Below are positions 48,805 through 56,824 of a DNA stretch of 64,000 nt, in pieces (within the stretch, counting starts at the first letter, position 1; each line of letters opens with the position of its first letter). The stretch covers positions 3,200,001 through 3,264,000 of the forward strand of contig CAXXKJ010000002.1 in assembly GCA_963675295.2 (NCBI GenBank). The letters are read 5' to 3'. The position numbers and the translations under genes are program-made. Origin of the DNA: a bacterium. Its GTDB lineage: Bacteria > Electryoneota > Electryoneia > Electryoneales > Electryoneaceae. The notes under the pieces are model-generated. The model was not told the DNA's origin. It saw nothing but the letters and a program-made list of their open reading frames with translations, and searched no databases.

Positions 48805-51780
48805 ATGCAGCGAATTCCAGTAATATTCACCTTATGCCTGTTGATTGCCTTGCCGGTGATTGCGGCGGAGGTCAGCCAGACCGGCGAAGCACCACAACCG
48901 GAATGGCAGTCGATGCCGGTCGGGACGACGTATGACGGGCTCATCCAGCAGTACCCGTTTCTGGATGTCGAGCAAAGCGATCTCGATCCGGGTGTGAGTC
49001 CGGAGGGCGACTACCTCGGCGCGGTGGCATTCAGCCGTGACGGTACTCGCATGTTCCTTTCCAGCCGGATGACGGACAACATCGACGTCTTCGATGCCGC
49101 GACGTACGATCACCTCGCGACGATCGACGTCGGCACGCAGCCGTGCTACATGGACTGCAGCGATGATTATCTCGTCGTGTCGTGCTCGTTCTCGGATGAA
49201 GTCTACGTGATCGACCTGGACGACTATTCCACCGCCGGTGTCTTCGCGACACAGGAACAGCCGTGGGTGGTGCATGTCAACGATGCCGGTACATACGCGT
49301 ATGTTGGCTGCGACATCGACGACTACCTCGAAGTCATCAACCTGAGCACGCTGACCCACGAACACACATGGCCGAACTTTCCGATCTGGCTGTCGTCGTT
49401 CGCGTTCAATTCAGAATCCGGCCGGTCGATGGTCAAGTTCACCGACTTCCTCGTGGTGCCGTTCACCGACCTGCTGATGGTTGCCGACGGCGACGACAAC
49501 ATCTTCTTCTTCAACGGTCAGACCGGGAACGTGGACTATACGATCAGTGGCGTCGGGGATGTTCGTGCGCTTGACATCGCGGGCGACCTGAATGGTGCGG
49601 TGGCGTTGACCAACTCCAACCCGGCGGTGGTGCATCAGATCACGCTGAACACGTACCACATCGTGCAGTCGTATACGATTACCGGCGAGTCGCCGAGTTT
49701 CTACGGTCTTGGCTGCAACCAGGACGCGACGAAAGCGTACCTCGGCCTCAACGGCAACGTCAGCTGCCTCGTCGACTTCGAGGACAACGAGCACGTCATC
49801 TTCAGCGACACCTACACCGCCTTCTGGGTGGGGACATCGTACGATCATCAGTACGCGATCAGCGGGCAGTATCGTTTCAGCCTGATCGACTTTGATACGG
49901 AGAGCATCGTTGGATCGTACTGGGGTTACAGCCAGTGGCTGGGCGCGGTTGCGCCGAACTCGTACCTCGCCATCGGCATGGACCCGATGTCACATGAAGG
50001 GATGTACGCCTACGACTTCAGCACACCGAACTCGATCCAGTTCGACAACAGCATGATCGCCGGCAGCGCGCCGGAAGGGGACGCGCCCCGCCGTGCCGCG
50101 ATCAGTCCGGACGGCAACAAAGCGGTTGTCTGTAACGTCATCTCCGACAACATCTCGATCATGAACCTGAACACCGGCGCGGTGGAGGCGATTCTGCCGA
50201 TCGGCGACCGTGTCCAGGATGTCGCGATCACCCATGACAGCGAAACCGCGGTCGTCTGCGGCATGAACACGAACTCGGTGTTCATCGTCGACCTGACCAC
50301 GAACGCGATTGTCGCGGAAATTCCAACGGGAACCCGTCCCGGGACAGTCGCGATCCATCCGGATGACACGTACGCCTATGTCGGCAACATTTCGACCAAC
50401 ACGGTCTCGCAAATCTACCTCGATGGCGCGAGCAGCTTCGAGATCGCGGAGGCGGGCTGCGGTGTGATCGGCGTGGTCTGGGCGGCTTACGGGGTTTCCA
50501 GCGACATCAAGGTCAGCCCGGACGGAAACGAGGTGCTGGTCGCTGCGTCGTTCGACGACCTGGTGTACGTCTTTGATGCGGGTAACCTGAACCTGCTGAC
50601 TACCATCCCGACCGGCGATTTCCCGTTGCAGATCGCGTTCGACGGCACCGGCAACCGGGCGATCGTCACCAACTACTTCAGCGACAACTACACCGTGATG
50701 GACATCGACGGCGCCAACTCCTCCCTGTTCGCGACAGTCGCGGGCGGTGACGCGCCGATGCGTATTGGCTACAACCCTGCGACCGACCAGTTCGGAATCG
50801 GCAATTACACCGGCAAGACGGTGTCGATGGTGGACGCGGTGACGGGCGGCGTGGTCAACACGATCAGCTATTCGACGTATGGAGCGCTCGTCGGCGTCGA
50901 TTTCACCGACAACGGCGACATGGTGGTTCTGACCGGCAGCACGACCGACGAATCCGGTCACCTGCATCACGTTGATGGCACCAGCACCCTGCCCGCTCCT
51001 CCCTCCTACTTCGCGATCAACAAGGCGGAAGAGCAGGTACTGGTTTGCATGCCCGGCCCGGACTATGTCAGCCTGTTCGAGTTTGCGCAGCCGCTGGTGT
51101 CGCTTGACCTGATGCCGCAGAACTCGCCGATTGTGATTCCGGCCGGTGGCGGCACGTTCCACTACGACGCCCAGATCACCAGCAACCTGCCCCAGATGGT
51201 TCAGGCGCAGGGCTGGACCCGTGTCACGCTGCCAAACGGCCAGACGGTCGGCCCGGTGATGCTGACCAACTTCAACCTGCCGCCGGGAACGTTTACCATC
51301 TCCGACCTGTTCCAGGATGTCCCGGCCGGCGCACCGGCGGGTGAGTATACGTTCCACGCGTTCATCGGCCGATACAACCAGGGCCTGATCGGCGCGATGG
51401 ACTCGTTCACCTTTACCAAGTCGGGTGCGGTTGCAGGCGGCAATGTCGACGACTGGACCGGATCGGGCCTTAGCCTGACCGCGGTGAGTACGCAGGAAAG
51501 CAAAGCGTTGCCAACGGACTACACTTTGGAAGCGGTGTATCCGAACCCGTTCAACCCGACGGCGACGGTGCGTGTGAGCCTGCCAGAACGTGCGGATCTG
51601 ACGGTGCGGGTGTACAACCTCACCGGCCAGCTGGTCACCGAGCTGGCGCACGGGCAGGTGGCAGCCGGTGTGCACGACTACGTGTTTGACGGATCAGCGC
51701 TGGCCAGTGGTGTGTACTTTGTCAAGGCAATCGTGCCGGGACAGTTGGACGCGACGCAGAAAGTGATGCTACTGAAGTAG
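48805..51780 (+). CDS. Secreted YVTN/YncE-like double beta-propeller protein with T9SS-type CTD
   Basis: Repeats such as ISPDGNKAVVCN..SDNISI, IPTGTRPGTVAIHPDD, IPTGDFPLQIAF; IPAGGGTFHY module; VYPNPFN...KVMLLK. Confidence 0.9.
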   Translation: MQRIPVIFTLCLLIALPVIAAEVSQTGEAPQPEWQSMPVGTTYDGLIQQYPFLDVEQSDLDPGVSPEGDYLGAVAFSRDGTRMFLSSRMTDNIDVFDAATYDHLATIDVGTQPCYMDCSDDYLVVSCSFSDEVYVIDLDDYSTAGVFATQEQPWVVHVNDAGTYAYVGCDIDDYLEVINLSTLTHEHTWPNFPIWLSSFAFNSESGRSMVKFTDFLVVPFTDLLMVADGDDNIFFFNGQTGNVDYTISGVGDVRALDIAGDLNGAVALTNSNPAVVHQITLNTYHIVQSYTITGESPSFYGLGCNQDATKAYLGLNGNVSCLVDFEDNEHVIFSDTYTAFWVGTSYDHQYAISGQYRFSLIDFDTESIVGSYWGYSQWLGAVAPNSYLAIGMDPMSHEGMYAYDFSTPNSIQFDNSMIAGSAPEGDAPRRAAISPDGNKAVVCNVISDNISIMNLNTGAVEAILPIGDRVQDVAITHDSETAVVCGMNTNSVFIVDLTTNAIVAEIPTGTRPGTVAIHPDDTYAYVGNISTNTVSQIYLDGASSFEIAEAGCGVIGVVWAAYGVSSDIKVSPDGNEVLVAASFDDLVYVFDAGNLNLLTTIPTGDFPLQIAFDGTGNRAIVTNYFSDNYTVMDIDGANSSLFATVAGGDAPMRIGYNPATDQFGIGNYTGKTVSMVDAVTGGVVNTISYSTYGALVGVDFTDNGDMVVLTGSTTDESGHLHHVDGTSTLPAPPSYFAINKAEEQVLVCMPGPDYVSLFEFAQPLVSLDLMPQNSPIVIPAGGGTFHYDAQITSNLPQMVQAQGWTRVTLPNGQTVGPVMLTNFNLPPGTFTISDLFQDVPAGAPAGEYTFHAFIGRYNQGLIGAMDSFTFTKSGAVAGGNVDDWTGSGLSLTAVSTQESKALPTDYTLEAVYPNPFNPTATVRVSLPERADLTVRVYNLTGQLVTELAHGQVAAGVHDYVFDGSALASGVYFVKAIVPGQLDATQKVMLLK

Positions 51781-51802
51781 CCGGAAACCCCCGTTTAGCA
51801 AC

Positions 51803-51834
51803 AAACGCGGCTTGCATTCGCAGGCCGCGTTTTT
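51803..51834. terminator. Bidirectional intrinsic terminator between convergent genes
   Basis: AAACGCGGCTTGC-attc-GCAGGCCGCGTTTTT. Confidence 0.7.
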
Positions 51835-51856
51835 CTGTGCTGTCTGTTCGGGATGC

Positions 51857-52999
51857 TCAGCCGGGAATGTGAACCGTCAGCGGTTGACGAATTCCGTGTG
51901 TTTTGTCGAATGCCTTGATTCGCTGAATCATCGCCTCAGTGATTTCCTGCCCGTTGCTGGCAACCAGCAGGCTGTTCTCCGTGCGAACGTCAGCGGCCAA
52001 CACCATCCCGGATGCAAGAGCTTTGAGGCTGACCCTCTGGGGACCACCCGTTTCCCGGCTGGCGGCGGACTTGTTCAACGCGTTAAGGAACAGGCCGAAA
52101 AACTGTTTCGGCTTGCCGCGCATTTCAGCGATGATCTCTTCGTGCTGACGGCCATGCATCCGATCAATGTCATAGTAGAATGCAATCCGCAGCAGTTGTG
52201 ATCCAATCGTTTGTTCGCTGACCGATCCCTGCTTGTACTCCTCGAAGGTGAATGTCACCGGATCGAACTGATGCCGGATGATCTCGGCGACGGTCTCCAT
52301 CCGTGGAATGTTTCCCAGCAGGTTCGCGCCGAGCGAAGCATGGGCAATGAACTGACGGATCTCCGTATCACTGAGGTGATTCAGTCCGGTTATGGTCTTC
52401 TTCACCAGTTCGTCGGGCAGTGAAACACAGCCAATCTGGGACAGCAACGCCGCAATATTGATCTGCCATTGATCGCTGACATCGAGATGGCTGCACATCC
52501 CACGGACATAGCGATAGATCCGGGCGGAGCGGCTGAACGATGCTGGATCAACCATGCCCATCAACTCTGTCAGTACCTGAACGCTTGCCTGAAGCGTCTT
52601 TTCCAACAGCTCTCTTTCGACGCGCTTCAGGTTGAATCGTTCAATTCCCTCGGTAACCGCACCGACAATCTCATCGCGTTTAGGCGGTTTCTGGATGAAC
52701 TTGAAAATGTGGCCTTCGTTCACCGCGTCAATCGCGATCTGCCCATCCATTAGCCCGGTACACAGGATACGGATGGTATCCGGATACAAATCAGCAATTT
52801 TCTTCAGCAGCTCGACGCCATTCATGCCCTCCATGCGATAATCCGCGATGACGACTGCGGCATCATCTAGATCTTCAAGCATGCGCAATGCCCGGTCGCC
52901 GCTGTTTGCCTTGGCGACCTTGCACACCGGACTGATCAGACGAAAGATGATTTCCTGAAACCGATCATCATCATCAACTACCATTACCAGTTTATTCAT
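51857..52999 (-). CDS. Response regulator with degenerate HD/HD-GYP-like output domain
   Basis: VVDDD, IADYRM, CTG, IQKP receiver; AALLSQIGC in place of AxxLHDIGK; LGANLLGNIPRMETVAEIIRHQ. Confidence 0.88.
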   Translation of the reverse strand: MNKLVMVVDDDDRFQEIIFRLISPVCKVAKANSGDRALRMLEDLDDAAVVIADYRMEGMNGVELLKKIADLYPDTIRILCTGLMDGQIAIDAVNEGHIFKFIQKPPKRDEIVGAVTEGIERFNLKRVERELLEKTLQASVQVLTELMGMVDPASFSRSARIYRYVRGMCSHLDVSDQWQINIAALLSQIGCVSLPDELVKKTITGLNHLSDTEIRQFIAHASLGANLLGNIPRMETVAEIIRHQFDPVTFTFEEYKQGSVSEQTIGSQLLRIAFYYDIDRMHGRQHEEIIAEMRGKPKQFFGLFLNALNKSAASRETGGPQRVSLKALASGMVLAADVRTENSLLVASNGQEITEAMIQRIKAFDKTHGIRQPLTVHIPG

Positions 53000-53147
53000 G
53001 GTATAACAACTCCATGGTCGGGGGTGAAAAGCATGAATGCAACATAGTGAGACGCAGGATTGAAACTAATAACAAATACGAAGACATACTTACCCTGAGA
53101 GATAAATAAGGATTGAAACATAAATCACGAAGTGCCAATCTTGGTTA

Positions 53148-54932
53148 CTATTTCGTGTAAGTTGCTTTACTAACGACAGAATCACGGCCGTTTAGTTCGG
53201 CACGAACGAGGTAGGTACCGGACGCCAACCCGGTTGCATCGAAGGGGATGTCGTACGTCGCTGGCGGGTAATAGACGCTGTCGACGAGAGTATCGACCGT
53301 GCGTCCCACCGAGTTGAACACGTGCACACTAAGGTAGCCCCCGTCCACCAGGATCACGCGGATCTTGGTCCAGGGGTTGAACGGGTTCGGGTAGATCACA
53401 TCGAGCGCGATGCCGTTCGGAATGCCTGGATCGTTTGGGAAGTCACCGGGTCCGGCCTCTGGTTTCGGAACAGCATCTACCGCCGCCTTCGCCTGCACCA
53501 GTCCCGCACCGAAATCGTTGTCTTTGCCAGGCACGCCGAGATCGAACGCGGTCGTCTGCAGGATCGAATCCACCTGTACCGGCAGCAGCTCGAAGTTTTT
53601 TGACAGCATCAGCGCGACGGTTCCGGCGACATGCGGCTGCGCCATCGACGTGTTGTTGAATCCGGCGTACGTGCTGTCCGAGTTGTACGGCAGGCTGAAC
53701 CCTTCGATCCCGGGCGCGCAGATGTCCGGTTTGATCAGACCAACGTGCCCTTCGCTGAGCGGGTAATCGTTCCACGGCGCGACGTCTTCCCAGGTCACCG
53801 GTCCCGGGCTGGACACCTCGGTCGGGTTGTTCGACTGGTCGATGCCGCCGACGGTGATCTGGCCGCCGCGAGCGCCGGATTCGACTTCGTCCGGGTTGCG
53901 CCACGGCGAAGGCACATCGCCGGGCACCGAGATCGCGTCCGGCGGGGTACGTTGCGCACGACGGTTGCCGGCGCTCTTGACGCAGATGATCCCGGCGATT
54001 GCGAGGATCTCGTAACGTTCTCGCCAGATCGGCCGGTCTTCCGGGCCGGGCGATCCCCAGCCGAGGGACATGCTGATGACATCGGCGCCGTGCTCGAGTG
54101 CAAAATCCTGCGCGAGCCAGGTGTCGGTGACCACGCCGGTGTACAGGTCCTGCCGGACACGCAGCCCCATGATGGTTGCGTCTGGAGCAACACCGGTCGC
54201 AATGCCCGAACTGCCGTCTCCGGCGACCAGGCCGGCGACCCCTGCCCCATGCCCCGATTCGTCAATTGGATCGAGGTCCTTGTCCGCAAAGTCGTAGCCG
54301 TGCTTCGGGTACTCGGGACTGCCATCCCAGAGGTGATCCCGCAGGTCAGTGTGTTTGTAGTTGATGCCGGTATCGATAATCGCGACCAGCACGCCCTTGC
54401 CCGTGTAGGCGTCCCAGACCTGCGGCGCCTGGATGTGGTCGATATGCCAAGGGATCTGCACATCCCCGGCGGTACGTAACTCAGTGGAAACGCCGTCCGT
54501 ATCCGACGATCGCGGCATGACGTGCACCACCTTCAAGATGTCGGGATGGTCCAGCACGTCGGTGAACGCTGCCGGTTTGGCCTCGACGACGATCCCGTTC
54601 GAGATCCGCAATGGCCGCATGGTTTCGACGATCCCGGCATCGATCTTCTGTTGCAGTAGTTGCCGGATACGATACTGGCTGCGTTCCGCAAGCACGTCCA
54701 ACTCGTTCCACACCACCTCGCTGCGCTGGTCACGGGTGAGGTGACTCACCTTGCGGCGGAGGTCGCTCAGATCAGGCCGTTCCCGCATCAGGATCAAAGC
54801 GGAGATGGAGGTGTCCGGCGGAAGGGATTGCAGGCGTGCGGGCGTGAGCCGTTCGGCATTCGCGAACGGAACCAGGCCGGCGAACAGCAGGAAGATCAGG
54901 GCAACCGTCAGCAGTCGATGCAGCGAAATCAT
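53148..54932 (-). CDS. Secreted S8 (subtilisin-like) serine protease with T9SS-type CTD
   Basis: AIIDTG, GHGAGVAG, SAGN, KPDICAPG, NTSMAQPHVAG; N-terminal propeptide; IYPNPFN...SGTYLVR...KATYTK. Confidence 0.92.
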   Translation of the reverse strand: MISLHRLLTVALIFLLFAGLVPFANAERLTPARLQSLPPDTSISALILMRERPDLSDLRRKVSHLTRDQRSEVVWNELDVLAERSQYRIRQLLQQKIDAGIVETMRPLRISNGIVVEAKPAAFTDVLDHPDILKVVHVMPRSSDTDGVSTELRTAGDVQIPWHIDHIQAPQVWDAYTGKGVLVAIIDTGINYKHTDLRDHLWDGSPEYPKHGYDFADKDLDPIDESGHGAGVAGLVAGDGSSGIATGVAPDATIMGLRVRQDLYTGVVTDTWLAQDFALEHGADVISMSLGWGSPGPEDRPIWRERYEILAIAGIICVKSAGNRRAQRTPPDAISVPGDVPSPWRNPDEVESGARGGQITVGGIDQSNNPTEVSSPGPVTWEDVAPWNDYPLSEGHVGLIKPDICAPGIEGFSLPYNSDSTYAGFNNTSMAQPHVAGTVALMLSKNFELLPVQVDSILQTTAFDLGVPGKDNDFGAGLVQAKAAVDAVPKPEAGPGDFPNDPGIPNGIALDVIYPNPFNPWTKIRVILVDGGYLSVHVFNSVGRTVDTLVDSVYYPPATYDIPFDATGLASGTYLVRAELNGRDSVVSKATYTK

Positions 54933-55885
54933 GGGTTTGCGTGACCGTCGTGTGACTCAGGATTAAACGGGTAGAACGATACAGCAGCCGCGAGGTCCCG
55001 GGTTTCCTCGCTGATGGTATAATAACCAGTTCCCGACAAGTTGAATGCAAGCGCTTCGCCCTGCGGTTCGGTTACGTACGGCAACGTGTCCGGCGGCTGG
55101 GTGAACAGCTCCGCGATCGACACACCGTCCTCATGGTACCAGTGCAGGATTGCATCGTACGTCTTGACGATCACATGCCGTCCGTCGCGGCTGATATCTC
55201 CGGCAGCGATCGGCGGACCGGTGATGTCGGCGACATGTTGCAGGATCTGCGGACGGTCGGTATGGATCGGCACCGCCCGGTAGACCTGCACCGGCCACAG
55301 GCGTTTCGTCATGATGTACATGTCGCTGGTAAATGGATCCACCAGCAGCGTTTCGGCGTCTCGTGGGCTTTCCGGGTACATGAAGTCGAACCGTTCGACA
55401 TCCTCGATCAGCAACGGGATGCCCGGTTCGAACTCCTTCGCCTCCGGTTCACGAAAGCGGTAGATGACGACGTTCTTGTATGCGTTGTCGTTGTCGCCGA
55501 TGTCACCAATGTAGAGGTAATCGTCCGTGCCACCCGGCCCGGGACCAATGGCGATATCCTCCCAGTCACGGGCGTCGATGCCGTCCAGCTGCAATTCCGC
55601 CAGTGAATCACCATAGGCACTGATCGCATACAGCCGGGCGATATCGCCGCTGTCGTTGTGCACCCACAGCCAGCCGGGGTTCCGTCGTGACGCGATCAAC
55701 CCGGACGCTTCGGTGATGCGGTCATCCTGCACGACACCGAGCACCACCGGATCCAGCCCGGCGGGCGGCTGGTTGGACGTGTTGTCGTGGGACGTGCAGG
55801 CGGCAAGGAAGGCAGCCAGTGTCACCAGCAGTGTCAGTGTGATCAGGAATCGGGACACGAAGACGGGTCCGGGGTTAGTAGTCAC
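54929..55885 (-). CDS. Lipoprotein with beta-propeller fold (HNDSG/DWEDIA family)
   Basis: Lipobox LAAC; EASGL, WVHNDSG, DWEDIA, YIGDIGDN, DAETL, QGEAL motifs. Confidence 0.8.
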   Translation of the reverse strand: MTTNPGPVFVSRFLITLTLLVTLAAFLAACTSHDNTSNQPPAGLDPVVLGVVQDDRITEASGLIASRRNPGWLWVHNDSGDIARLYAISAYGDSLAELQLDGIDARDWEDIAIGPGPGGTDDYLYIGDIGDNDNAYKNVVIYRFREPEAKEFEPGIPLLIEDVERFDFMYPESPRDAETLLVDPFTSDMYIMTKRLWPVQVYRAVPIHTDRPQILQHVADITGPPIAAGDISRDGRHVIVKTYDAILHWYHEDGVSIAELFTQPPDTLPYVTEPQGEALAFNLSGTGYYTISEETRDLAAAVSFYPFNPESHDGHANP

Positions 55886-56777
55886 GGATTTCGGGACGGT
55901 TGCGCGCGCGTTCCATTCGCAGCTTCAGTGCGATTTCAGCGACACGGGGATCGTCGGGCAGATGGGTCTGGATCGGCTTCAGGTCGGCCTTGATCCGTGT
56001 GCCCTTGAACTGCACCACACCGAGGTAACGGCTTTTAGCACCGCACTGAACGTACGGCGTTTGACCCAGCAGCTCGGCGCTCTGGATCAGGTCGGAGTTC
56101 AGCCCACCGATCACCAGCTGGTACCCCTGCCACCAGTCCTCATGGTCACGGATCTGTTCCATCGAGGCCTGGGCGAGGACAATCTTCCGTGCATCGTCGG
56201 GCACGTCCGCGAAGGCTGCATCAATCGATTCCTCAACGTCCGCAAGGGAAAAGTCCTCGTAGACCCCTGGACCCAGCAGGCGCAGGCTTTCGCGTGTCGT
56301 GATGCCGGTGATCGCCCACGTGTAGCCGCCGCGTTGGATGACACGGACTCGTTCCCCGACCGGGGAACCGTCCCGGTAGCTGAGGTTGGCGCTGACAATC
56401 GGCAGCGCGACCTCGATCTGCTTCATCCACTCCGCACCGTAGCCCAGTTCCTGGTAGCCGACGGTGACAGCGTCGTAGTTGTGCAGCTTGTACGCCTGCA
56501 GCATGAACGTCGCCCCGAGGCTGTCCCGTGTTTCCGGGAAGAAGTTCCCGGCATCGACGAGGGCCAGCGGTCCGAGCTCACGCATGCGTTCGATCTCGGG
56601 CAGGCGTTTTTCGAGGGCACCGTATGGATCGGATGGGCAGCGACAGTTTTCGATCCGGCCGTCCGCACGTGCGGTATACAACAGAACTGCCGGCTCGGCA
56701 GCCAGCGACACAGTCGCCGTGATGCCGAGCAGGCAGAAGATGATGAGTGTTCGCAAGGAACGCATGGCAGTCACCAA
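55875..56777 (-). CDS. Exported UshA-like metallophosphoesterase-fold protein with CxC motif
   Basis: Signal peptide; LLYTARADGRIENCRCPSDPYGALEKR, LVDAGNFF, YDAVTVGYQE, PIVSANL. Confidence 0.78.
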   Translation of the reverse strand: MVTAMRSLRTLIIFCLLGITATVSLAAEPAVLLYTARADGRIENCRCPSDPYGALEKRLPEIERMRELGPLALVDAGNFFPETRDSLGATFMLQAYKLHNYDAVTVGYQELGYGAEWMKQIEVALPIVSANLSYRDGSPVGERVRVIQRGGYTWAITGITTRESLRLLGPGVYEDFSLADVEESIDAAFADVPDDARKIVLAQASMEQIRDHEDWWQGYQLVIGGLNSDLIQSAELLGQTPYVQCGAKSRYLGVVQFKGTRIKADLKPIQTHLPDDPRVAEIALKLRMERARNRPEIRDY

Positions 56778-56824
56778 TCAGTCCGAACTGTTCCTTGTAC
56801 CCGTGTATCGGGCATCCGTTCCCA

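Noticed and set aside
51857-52999. Active c-di-GMP phosphodiesterase (HD-GYP)
   Set aside because: The HD dyad is replaced by SQ and no GYP motif is present; treated as a degenerate output domain.
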